Shown: positions 9,253-17,930 of the stretch, piece by piece
How the letters are laid out: each line of letters begins with the position of its first letter
Position numbering within the stretch: position 1 is the first letter of the stretch
Assembly: GCA_963826535.1 (NCBI GenBank)
Contig: CAWGXL010000010.1
Span: forward strand, 170,814 to 234,813
Length of the DNA stretch: 64,000 nucleotides
Source of the DNA: an uncultured bacterium
GTDB taxonomy: Bacteria > Patescibacteriota > Microgenomatia > Levybacterales > UBA12049
Direction: 5' to 3'
Notes under the pieces: model-generated
Databases searched by the model: none
Seen by the model: the letters and a program-made list of their open reading frames with translations, nothing else
What the model was told of the DNA's origin: nothing
Position numbers and translations under genes: made by a program

Positions 9253-9906
9253 ATGCACGAAAGATTTAGACCACTTACAGCTGCAGCTTTAATGGTAGGA
9301 GCTGAAGTTTTTATCGCAACAAGTGCTATTGCTCAGAATGATGAAATTAAACCTGTTGACCCCTCTTTAATGAGGGAAGCCATCGAATGTGTTTTGACAG
9401 TCAAGCCAGGAAAAACAGTTTTATATACAAAGGATTATCCTCAATTTAACTTAAGAAAAACTGAAATTAAGAATAAAGGAAAAAGATATTTTATTGATAC
9501 ATCAAAAAGTTACACAGAAGAGACTGTTCTGTCAGATATCGAAATTGTCGAAATATCTAAAGGAAAAAGCGGAAATGAACAGGTAAGGATTTATTATGAT
9601 GGAACAATAGAACAGCTTGAGGGAGCGGCCAAGAGCGATGACATTTCTCAACGGAAGGAAGCAATATTAAAGCTTACTAAAATTGAAGCTCAAAAAAAAC
9701 TGGATGGACATGTGGATTATGGACGATATCCAGAAGATGAAGCTATCGAGAATAGGGTAAACGATAGGTTTATAAATGGGAGTATAGACCCTCTAGCTGC
9801 TGGTTTATATTTAGAAGCTAGATTTCAGGTAAAACGGGATATATATCAAAAAGGATATAATTCAGCTATTCAGGATATAGTTGAGGCATGCAGAGAAAAT
9901 AAATAA
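9253..9906 (+). CDS. hypothetical secreted protein
   Basis: 217 aa. N-terminal signal-peptide-like segment MHERFRPLTAAALMVGAEVFIATSAIA-Q. No recognisable catalytic motifs. Confidence 0.55.
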   Translation: MHERFRPLTAAALMVGAEVFIATSAIAQNDEIKPVDPSLMREAIECVLTVKPGKTVLYTKDYPQFNLRKTEIKNKGKRYFIDTSKSYTEETVLSDIEIVEISKGKSGNEQVRIYYDGTIEQLEGAAKSDDISQRKEAILKLTKIEAQKKLDGHVDYGRYPEDEAIENRVNDRFINGSIDPLAAGLYLEARFQVKRDIYQKGYNSAIQDIVEACRENK

Positions 9907-9915
9907 GAGATTGCT

Positions 9916-9960
9916 TCGTCGTCCGCCAGCTGGCGGACTCCTCACAATGACTTGTGTTTT
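9916..9960 (+). terminator. GC-rich perfect palindrome (GTCCGCCAGCTGGCGGAC) followed by a T-rich tract; putative terminator/attenuator
   Basis: An 18-nt perfect palindrome at 9921-9938, 15 nt after the stop codon. A T-rich stretch lies ~15-20 nt downstream, which is not ideal for a classic intrinsic terminator. Confidence 0.4.
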
Positions 9961-10004
9961 CTACCTCATTTTTCTGCTAAAATAGAACAAGTTGTTTAAA
10001 TCAT

Positions 10005-10976
10005 ATGAGAATACTCGTCACCGGCGGTGCAGGCTATATCGGCAGTTTCATGGTCAAAAGACTATTAGAAGAGCAACATCAAGTCGTCGTTTTCGACAGC
10101 CTGGAACGTGGACATAAAGAAGCAATAGATCCAAGAGCAAGTCTAAAAATAGGAAATCTACTTAATGAAAACTTTTTAGATGATACATTAAAGAACAACA
10201 ATTTTGACGCAATAATCCATTTTGCCGGCTATATCTCCATGGAAGAATCCATGCGAAAACCTGAAATATATTTCACAAATAATACTTTCGCTACATTAAA
10301 GTTACTCGAAAAAGCAAAAACTTTTTCTATCAATAAATTTATCTTCTCCTCAACAGCCGGAGTTTATGGAAATCCTACAAAAGTACCGATCCCGGAAGAC
10401 CACCTCAAAAATCCCGAAAATCCCTATGGAGAAAGTAAATTAATAGTTGAAAATATACTAAAATGGTTTCAAAAAATTCATGGTGTTAACTTCGTCGCTC
10501 TTCGTTATTTCAACGCTTGCGGAGCCGCGCTAGATGGCAAAATGGGTGAAAACCATAAACCCGAAACCCACATCATCCCTAAAGCAATTGAAGCGGCGCT
10601 TACAAATCAACTATTTACATTATTTGGCAGCGATTACAAAACAAAAGATGGAACCTGCGTAAGAGATTATATCCATGTATTAGATTTAGTAGAAGCTCAT
10701 ATTTTGGCATTACAAAAATTAAACACCGATCCCGGCGGACATTATTACAATGTAGGAACAGGCAATGGCTTTTCAAATAAAGAAGTAGTAGAAATGGTTA
10801 AAAAAATATCAGACATTGATTTTAAAATACAAACACATGAAAGAAGAGCAGGGGACGCAGATGAACTGGTTGCGGACCCGACAAAAATTAACACCGAATT
10901 ACAATTTAACCCAAAATATTCTGACCTTGAAACAATTGTCAAAACCGCGTGGCTTTGGCACAGGAGAAAGATATGA
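10005..10976 (+). CDS. galE: UDP-glucose 4-epimerase
   Basis: MRILVTGGAGYIGSF Rossmann motif, a YGESK catalytic dyad and an RYFNACGA motif. 323 aa. Confidence 0.9.
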   Translation: MRILVTGGAGYIGSFMVKRLLEEQHQVVVFDSLERGHKEAIDPRASLKIGNLLNENFLDDTLKNNNFDAIIHFAGYISMEESMRKPEIYFTNNTFATLKLLEKAKTFSINKFIFSSTAGVYGNPTKVPIPEDHLKNPENPYGESKLIVENILKWFQKIHGVNFVALRYFNACGAALDGKMGENHKPETHIIPKAIEAALTNQLFTLFGSDYKTKDGTCVRDYIHVLDLVEAHILALQKLNTDPGGHYYNVGTGNGFSNKEVVEMVKKISDIDFKIQTHERRAGDADELVADPTKINTELQFNPKYSDLETIVKTAWLWHRRKI

Positions 10977-12031
10977 AGATTGCATTAGACATCACCCCCC
11001 TAAAAGGAGAACTAAATGGGCACAAAGTAAGAGGTGTAGGTTTCTATATAGAATATCTAAAAAGATCATTACTTAAATATTTCCCCGAAAACGAATACAA
11101 ATTTTTTACAAAACATGATCATCTGGATAACTCAATTGACATAGTACATTATCCTTATTTTGATCCATTTTCTTCTTCTCTACCATTTATAAAAAAACAC
11201 AAAAGAGTTGTGACAGTACACGATCTGACACCACTAATTTATCCACAACATTTTCCTTCAGGGATAAAAGGGAGTTTGCGTTGGCAAATTCAAAAACTTA
11301 TTTTAAAAAGAAGTGAATGTATAATTACTGATTCATATACCTCACAAAAAGACTTAGCGAGAATATTAGGTATGAAAAAAAAGCAAATTAATGTTACATA
11401 CTTAGCAGCTGCCGAGGAATTTCAAAGACTTGAAATCGGTAAATGGAGGCAGCAAATAATTATGAAATATAAATTACCGGAAAAATTCATTTTATATGTA
11501 GGTGACGTAACCTGGAACAAAAACATTCCAACCCTTATTGAGGCGATAAAAGAAGTTAATCTTACTCTAGTCATGGTGGGTAAGGCTCTAGTAGACACAA
11601 ATTTAGACACAAGCAATCTATGGAACGAAGACCTTATAAATGCACAGAAAATGATTGCTGGGGATAAAAGATTTATAAGACTTGGGTTTGTATCTACACA
11701 AGAGTTAATCGAGCTTTACAATATTGCAACTGTTTTTGTCTTCCCTTCAATATACGAAGGTTTTGGGCTGCCTATCCTTGAAGCAATGCAATCCGGCTGT
11801 CCGGTTGTCTTAGGAAAAGAAGGAGCTTTAAAAGAAGTAGGTGGAGATGCAGCTTTCTATGTCAATCCATTTAACACAAATAGCATCGCCAATGGAATAG
11901 GCGAAGTATTTTTTACTCCTAAATTACAAAAAAAATTATCGGAAAAAGGACTAAAGCAAGCCAAAAAATTTAGTTGGCAAAAAACCGCAGGTAAGACAAT
12001 TCATGCTTATAAAGTAGCATTAGAAACTTAA
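10973..12031 (+). CDS. GT4 family glycosyltransferase
   Basis: The ATGA overlap with the galE stop places the likely start at 10973 (MKIALDITPLK), not 10949. C-terminal EGFGLPILEAMQSGCPVV motif. Confidence 0.8.
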   Translation: MKIALDITPLKGELNGHKVRGVGFYIEYLKRSLLKYFPENEYKFFTKHDHLDNSIDIVHYPYFDPFSSSLPFIKKHKRVVTVHDLTPLIYPQHFPSGIKGSLRWQIQKLILKRSECIITDSYTSQKDLARILGMKKKQINVTYLAAAEEFQRLEIGKWRQQIIMKYKLPEKFILYVGDVTWNKNIPTLIEAIKEVNLTLVMVGKALVDTNLDTSNLWNEDLINAQKMIAGDKRFIRLGFVSTQELIELYNIATVFVFPSIYEGFGLPILEAMQSGCPVVLGKEGALKEVGGDAAFYVNPFNTNSIANGIGEVFFTPKLQKKLSEKGLKQAKKFSWQKTAGKTIHAYKVALET

Positions 12032-12032
12032 A

Positions 12033-13223
12033 TTATTTTATTAATTCATGATAAATCAATTCGTATTGTTTCGCAATCGATTCATAAGAATAATTTTCCA
12101 TAACAAAGCTGCGCGCGTTTAAAGCAATTTTCTTATACAAATTCCTATCTTTAAGTATTTTAATTGTCAGATCGGCTAGGTCACCTGAAGTATTCCCAAT
12201 TAAAACATTTTCGTAGTTTTTCGCTTTAATACCGGAAATTCCAATATTTGTAGTAATGACAGGCAATTTTGCTGCCATTGCGCCAAGTATTTTTAATCTG
12301 CTCCCCCCGGGGCCATAAAGTGGGGCTACCATCAAACTAGAGTTTCTATAATATTTTTTTACACTCCCTATATCATCACTCGGAATATCGACAACTGTAA
12401 TATTATTTGAGTGTAAATTTTCTATCTTTTTAGTAAATTGTCCGGCAATTACAAGCTTTGCTTGAGTTAAAGTTTTCAAGATTTGCGGAAAAACCTCTTT
12501 TGCTAATATATTTGCTGCTTCAACATTTTGTAACCAAGCATAGTTCCCCATAAAAAGGATGGTTTGATTATATCGTAGAGGGACGTCTTCTATAAGGTCC
12601 TCCCCGACACCATTTGGTACTACCTTAACATCATCCCTGATTGGCAGTTCTTGTTTCATAATAGTAGCATCATGTTCAGATACGGCAACAGTCACTGAAG
12701 ATTTTTTCCAATAATGTACTTCCCAATGTTTTAGTTTCATTACATCAAGAGAAAGAAGAGGGCGGAGAAATGGAAATTTATAATTTTGCACATAGTGTTT
12801 ATAAACTTCAAACTCAATTGTTTGGTCAACCAGTACTAAAGGCACCTTTGACTCCGGCAAATTCGGTATAACATAGAAAGTTTCAGCATGAATAATATCA
12901 AATTTCCCTGTTTTTATTATATCCGGCAATGCCTTACTGGCCGAAGTAGAAAAGTTTCGCACAATCAAAAACGGACGTGTACTAAAACCTGTTTTGATAA
13001 TATTGGAAAAAGTGAAAGGCTTCTCCGATCTTTTAAAAATGAATATTTTATCACAATACGGTGCGAGATATTTTATATATTTTTTTTCTTCTTCTGTCTT
13101 AATTAGAGAAACAAGTGTAATTTTATGTAACTTTGATAAGTGCTTAATTAAATTATTTGAACGAATTTGCCCACCTGAACTGGTAGGGTAGGGAAAATAA
13201 GGCATAATCATTAAAATTCTCAT
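12033..13223 (-). CDS. GT4 family glycosyltransferase
   Basis: N-terminus MRILMIMPYFPYPTSSGGQIRSNNL and a C-terminal GT1/GT4 nucleotide-sugar binding domain. Convergent with the upstream gene at a 1-nt spacing. Confidence 0.8.
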   Translation of the reverse strand: MRILMIMPYFPYPTSSGGQIRSNNLIKHLSKLHKITLVSLIKTEEEKKYIKYLAPYCDKIFIFKRSEKPFTFSNIIKTGFSTRPFLIVRNFSTSASKALPDIIKTGKFDIIHAETFYVIPNLPESKVPLVLVDQTIEFEVYKHYVQNYKFPFLRPLLSLDVMKLKHWEVHYWKKSSVTVAVSEHDATIMKQELPIRDDVKVVPNGVGEDLIEDVPLRYNQTILFMGNYAWLQNVEAANILAKEVFPQILKTLTQAKLVIAGQFTKKIENLHSNNITVVDIPSDDIGSVKKYYRNSSLMVAPLYGPGGSRLKILGAMAAKLPVITTNIGISGIKAKNYENVLIGNTSGDLADLTIKILKDRNLYKKIALNARSFVMENYSYESIAKQYELIYHELIK

Positions 13224-13263
13224 AAAATTTAGTCTTTAGCAGTTAGGACTTAGAGATTAGTAA

Positions 13264-14673
13264 CTAATCCCTAACACCTTTATATTTAATCGCCCAAGCA
13301 ACACCCAAAAGAATCCAAAAAAGACTGGCAACCTTCGATGCTTCTAAAATATCAATAAACAAAGCAGTAATGGCCGCGTCAATTACAATTCCAATAATAA
13401 CTATATAAAATAATTTTGTAAAACGATCATTTGTATGTATTTCGGCAATAAAGCGACGCAATAAAACCCAAAATATTAGCATAATTGAAACAAAACCTAT
13501 CACCCCTGTTTCTCCTAACGCCCGAAGATAATCATTATCTGTAGCCAGGGAAATTGATGAATATCCTGTACCTAGAAACGGATTTTTGTACAATGCATGA
13601 AGAGCCCGCGGCCATTCATCAGTCAAGCGGATCGCGATAGAACGGCCAACTTCAAGTTCCGTATAATCTGTAGACTCGCCTGCCGCGATATCGCGGGGCA
13701 ATCCTTGTTTGGCTTTTGCTTCAGCAATAGCTTCTTCCGATTCCCTGGAAGGAACAATCAATTTATTCAGAATAATTGGTGTAGGGCTCGGTGTATAAGT
13801 CCTCTCAACCTTATTAAGTATATTAACATTCAATGTGGCGACTATCCGCCCGCGAAATTGTGGAACCGCTATAATCAGAAGAATACAGAATAAAATTAAG
13901 CCGATTATCATTGAGCGTTTTTTCAATAACAATAACACCAGGACCAGTCCTGCAAAAGTAGCAAAAAATGATATTCGGGAGGCAGCGTAGGTAAGTAAAA
14001 TAAAACTAGGAACACTTAGGAGAATAATACCCAATCTCATCCAGGCCCTTTTAACATAAAAAAAGACACCTGCCATTACAATAAGAAAATATGAAAGGTA
14101 AATAGATAAATCATAGTGTCCTGCAAATGTGGAATTTACACGACCGTTTGGGGATAATGTCGACAGTATTCCTGTTGAAAAATCCTTGTCAACTGTTGTA
14201 ACAACTTTAAAACCAAAAAATAATTGACCAAATCCATAAATCACAACTACAAGTGTCGCGAAAATAAATGCCCACAATAAATATTTTATATGTTGTCTAG
14301 ATGTAATACTTGTAGCAGCAATCCAGAACAGAAGCATAAATTCCAATCGCCTTAGCCAATGAAGAAAGCCTAAATGCGGCACGACAGACTGAGTAATAAG
14401 AAGCGCGCTAAGAAGAGAAACGAATCCAACAAACCAGAATAGTAAAAAAACTTGAAAGTAAAGATTTCTAAAAATTTCTCGTTTATATACCAAATGATAA
14501 ATAAACCACGAAAATATGGTAATAGCAATAAATAAATCCTCCAAACGTATTGCCACATAAGTCCCGGGAACATTAAAAAAAGGAAATTTAGGATATAAGG
14601 GAATAAAAATCACCAGTCCCATAAGGAGCCAAAATAAAATCTTTGGATAATAAATACCTATAGATTTGATCAT
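13264..14673 (-). CDS. Wzy_C-domain membrane protein (O-antigen ligase / O-oligosaccharyltransferase-like)
   Basis: 469 aa, about 11 TM. Motifs IRLEDLFIA and ATDNDYLRALGETGVIGF are shared with the paralog 51935..54691. Confidence 0.65.
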   Translation of the reverse strand: MIKSIGIYYPKILFWLLMGLVIFIPLYPKFPFFNVPGTYVAIRLEDLFIAITIFSWFIYHLVYKREIFRNLYFQVFLLFWFVGFVSLLSALLITQSVVPHLGFLHWLRRLEFMLLFWIAATSITSRQHIKYLLWAFIFATLVVVIYGFGQLFFGFKVVTTVDKDFSTGILSTLSPNGRVNSTFAGHYDLSIYLSYFLIVMAGVFFYVKRAWMRLGIILLSVPSFILLTYAASRISFFATFAGLVLVLLLLKKRSMIIGLILFCILLIIAVPQFRGRIVATLNVNILNKVERTYTPSPTPIILNKLIVPSRESEEAIAEAKAKQGLPRDIAAGESTDYTELEVGRSIAIRLTDEWPRALHALYKNPFLGTGYSSISLATDNDYLRALGETGVIGFVSIMLIFWVLLRRFIAEIHTNDRFTKLFYIVIIGIVIDAAITALFIDILEASKVASLFWILLGVAWAIKYKGVRD

Positions 14674-15564
14674 AATTCAGTGAGCACCTTTCTATATGTC
14701 TTTGTATAACTAGGTTTACCTAAGACATAAAAACCGACTATACGAAGGAGAATAGATAAATAGATAAAAACTTTAACAGTATACGCCGCAAAAGCCCCCT
14801 TATATTTTTTCTGCAAATAAAGAAGCTCCTTGAATTCTCCTAACCATTGGCGCAAGTTTGGATTATCTGAACTTGCCCCTCCAATATGCATTATTTGCGT
14901 TTTATCTGTCCACCCGACACTATAGCCTGCCTTTTTAGCCCGTATACAATAGTCAACATCCTCACAATACATGAATATATTTTCATCTAATAAACCAATC
15001 GACCAAAGAATTTTCCTTCTTAAACATAATCACACTGCCGCTAACCCAGCCGACTTTTCTTTCGTTCTTGTAATATGCGGCAGAGGTTTGATGAAATGAG
15101 GGAAGAGCATCTCTAAAAAATGGAAGGTCATCTATCCCAAAAAGCCAAACAAGAAGAGGAAGACCAAAAGGCAAATCCCCTGCATTTGGCTGAAGACTCC
15201 CGTCAGGATTTACAAGCTTACATGTTGCAATATCAAACCCAGTTTTCTCCATACTCTCAAGTAGGGTATCTAAACTACCCTCGCTGACTTCTGTATCAGA
15301 ATTTAGAAGTAAGTAGTAACTGGCGTCGGCTTTTTGTAAAGCTAAATTATTTCCACCGGCAAAACCTCTATTCTTGTCACTCTTAATAAGTTTTACATCT
15401 GAAAATTCCTTTCTTATCATTTCTGCTGACCCATCATTTGAGGCATTATCTACAACCCATGTTTCTTGACTGTGTTTCCATTTTTTTGTCTGAATACTTT
15501 TAAGACACTTCCTCAAAAGATCTTTCGTATTGTAATTAAGAATAATGATTGCAAGATTATTCAT
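14670..15564 (-). pseudogene. GT2 glycosyltransferase disrupted by a frameshift (two ORFs, 14983..15564 and 14670..14972)
   Basis: The N-terminal part (IIILNYNTKDLL..VVDNASNDGS) and the C-terminal part (YCEDVDYC..IMHIGGASS) align with the single intact paralog 56145..57074. Homology continues in another frame (GLLDENIFMYCED matches GWMDEDYFFYGED) around ~14995-15010. Confidence 0.6.
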
Positions 15565-16117
15565 GCTTTCTCCGTGTCCTTTTAAAAAGAATTACTTCAA
15601 AATAGATGCAAGTTAGAATTAAAAGATAAATAACTACTCTTCCGAAAGTAGATGATGGATAATATCGTATAGTTACCTCTGAATTATACTGTTTGCCGTC
15701 AAAGACTAAAGGCTCTGAATTCTTATCGAAAGCCTTACCATTCTCATTAAATGGTTCATAACCGCTTATTATAAGTGAATCTCTCAATATATAAAAATAC
15801 TCCTCGAGATACGTACTTTTTTGTTTTGGATCTAAATATGTAGACGCCAGATTCGGAGAATGATTTATACTGAGTGGTTTTATCAAACAGAAAGGGTTGA
15901 CGTATTTAAATAATTGACAGTTTAATCGCTCAAGCTCATTTTTATAAAAGTCAGTAACAAAATTTCTCCGGTTATTTGTATAATATTTACTTATATATTC
16001 TGACTGGCTTACTTTTACTGAATTAGGCAGAGAAGAAAGCATAGCAGGCTGAGAAACTGGCAAAATTACGTACCAAACTCCTAACAGAATTATAACTATT
16101 ACTATGAAGAATTTCAT
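15557..16117 (-). CDS. hypothetical membrane-anchored protein
   Basis: 186 aa with N- and C-terminal hydrophobic helices and no recognisable motifs. Confidence 0.4.
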   Translation of the reverse strand: MKFFIVIVIILLGVWYVILPVSQPAMLSSLPNSVKVSQSEYISKYYTNNRRNFVTDFYKNELERLNCQLFKYVNPFCLIKPLSINHSPNLASTYLDPKQKSTYLEEYFYILRDSLIISGYEPFNENGKAFDKNSEPLVFDGKQYNSEVTIRYYPSSTFGRVVIYLLILTCIYFEVILFKRTRRKHE

Positions 16118-16165
16118 TGCCTAGTTACAATTATACCTCATCACCAATCTCTAAGCACTAACCCC

Positions 16166-16194
16166 TTGAACAACAACAAAAATAACAATACAAT
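16166..16194 (+). promoter_or_regulatory. candidate promoter TTGAAC-N17-TACAAT upstream of wzm
   Basis: TTGAAC at 16166-16171 and TACAAT at 16189-16194. AAGGA lies 5 nt before the ATG at 16208. Confidence 0.4.
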
Positions 16195-16207
16195 ATAACT
16201 TAAGGAT

Positions 16208-16987
16208 ATGAAGGGGATTCTTAAATACAAAAAATATAAAGATTTATTCAAACAACTGACTCTCCGTGAAATAAAAAGTAAATACAAACAATCTGTATTG
16301 GGTTATGCGTGGGTACTGCTTGTCCCACTGCTTAATTTAATTGTTCTAAATATAGTATTCCAATATTTTTTCCGTGTGCCTACAGGAGATATTCCTTATC
16401 CCGTCTATCTTTTTGTCGCCCTGGTACCCTGGACATTTACAGCCAGTGCTATAGCGTCAGCCACGAGTAGTATCATAGCAAATAATTCGCTTATCACAAA
16501 AGTCTATTTCCCAAGAGAAATAATCCCTCTTTCTGTAATTGCTTCAAAGCTGGTAGATTTATTCCTTATGTGTCTTATCCTTATTGTTTTCTTGATTATT
16601 TACCAAATCCCATTACATTTAAGCATTCTCTATATACCTTTAATTTTCGCTATACAACTCATACTTATTACAGGTATATCGTTAATTCTTTCATCAATAA
16701 ATGTTTTCTTCAGGGATATTGAAAATATATTAGGTGTATTTTTAAGCACCTGGATGTATCTTACGCCCATTATATATCCGCCTGAACTTATACCCGCAAA
16801 TGTGAGGTTTATATTTGGACTGAATCCTATGGTTGGAATAATTAATGCCTATAGGAATACAATTTTATATGGTGTTCCGCCTCCTTGGATATCATTTTCT
16901 TTTTCAATTATCATTTCAATTGTTCTACTCATAATAGGTATATATATTTTTCGAAGACTATCAAGATCTTTTGCAGACGTTGTATAG
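16208..16987 (+). CDS. wzm: ABC-2 type polysaccharide/teichoic-acid exporter permease
   Basis: 259 aa. Typical Wzm/TagG N-terminus (LTLREIKSKYKQSVLGYAWVLLVPL) and 6 TM. Confidence 0.85.
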   Translation: MKGILKYKKYKDLFKQLTLREIKSKYKQSVLGYAWVLLVPLLNLIVLNIVFQYFFRVPTGDIPYPVYLFVALVPWTFTASAIASATSSIIANNSLITKVYFPREIIPLSVIASKLVDLFLMCLILIVFLIIYQIPLHLSILYIPLIFAIQLILITGISLILSSINVFFRDIENILGVFLSTWMYLTPIIYPPELIPANVRFIFGLNPMVGIINAYRNTILYGVPPPWISFSFSIIISIVLLIIGIYIFRRLSRSFADVV

Positions 16988-17016
16988 TTATAAAATTATA
17001 GGGTAATGTCTTAGAT

Positions 17017-17736
17017 ATGGATAATACAATAATTTCATTTAATAGTGTAAGCAAAAAGTTTCGTAGAGGCCAAAAGTTACTTTTAAAAGAAGCCTTAATC
17101 GATTTATTTTTACCCGACAAAAAGGAAGATTTTTGGGCTTTAAAAGATGTGAATTTTGAAATCAAAAGAGGTGAAACGGTCGGAATTATAGGAAATAACG
17201 GTTCAGGAAAAAGTACTATTTTGAAATTAATCGCTGGCGTGATGTTTCCTACAAAAGGGATGGTGACTGTAAAAGGACGAATAAGTCCGCTTATAGAACT
17301 TGGTGCAGGATTTCACCCGGAATTAACAGGTAGAGAAAATATTTATCTTAACGGAGCTATTTTAGGACTCACAAAAAAACAAATAGACGAACGGTTTGCA
17401 GATATTGTAGCCTTTTCTGAACTATCAGATTTTATTGACACACCTGTGAAGCACTACTCTTCCGGAATGTACATGCGGCTAGGATTTTCAGTTGCAGTAC
17501 ATACGGAACCGGAAATCTTACTTATTGATGAAATATTCGCAGTGGGGGATACAAGTTTCCAGGAAAAATGCTTCAGAAAAATGGAAGAATTTAAGAAAAA
17601 AAATGTTACAATTGTGCATGTCACCCACGATATGGCAACGGTTGAAAAATTCTGTGAAAAAGCAATATTTATCAATAAAGGCCATATAGAAGAAATCGGG
17701 AATGCCAGGCAAATTGTCAAAGAATATTTAAAATAA
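17017..17736 (+). CDS. wzt: ABC transporter ATP-binding protein of glycan exporter (no C-terminal carbohydrate-binding domain)
   Basis: Walker A GNNGSGKST, signature SGMYMRLGF and Walker B LLIDEIFAVGD. It is only 239 aa, i.e. the NBD alone. Confidence 0.9.
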   Translation: MDNTIISFNSVSKKFRRGQKLLLKEALIDLFLPDKKEDFWALKDVNFEIKRGETVGIIGNNGSGKSTILKLIAGVMFPTKGMVTVKGRISPLIELGAGFHPELTGRENIYLNGAILGLTKKQIDERFADIVAFSELSDFIDTPVKHYSSGMYMRLGFSVAVHTEPEILLIDEIFAVGDTSFQEKCFRKMEEFKKKNVTIVHVTHDMATVEKFCEKAIFINKGHIEEIGNARQIVKEYLK

Positions 17737-17930
17737 ATCTTTATACACTTCTAATTTAAAAATAAATTTTATAATACTAACATAACCCCGCTTAGCGAGA
17801 CGGCGCAGTATATATTTTTTTAGAAAAATCCCATATAATATAAAAATAATCTACAATGATCTAAAAAATAATTCAGTTTAAAGATATGTTCTCTTTGATA
17901 AGAGAGGGTGAATAAAACTAAGTCCATTAT

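Noticed and set aside
10816-11076. 86-aa ORF and the longer 10949 start for the GT4 gene
   Set aside because: The ORF overlaps the 3' end of galE in another frame. The GT4 most plausibly starts at the ATG (10973) that overlaps the galE stop.
14983-14985. Possibility that TGA is a sense codon (alternative CPR genetic code) explaining the split ORFs
   Set aside because: Homology to intact paralogs continues in a different reading frame, not through the stop. The frame after the TGA contains further stops. Many well-formed genes end in TGA with ATGA start overlaps (for example galE at 10974-10976). The other two split genes end in TAA.
17785-17825. Possible intrinsic terminator after wzt (GC island followed by a T-run)
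   Set aside because: Only a 3-bp stem (CGC-TTA-GCG) can be drawn. That is too weak to call.
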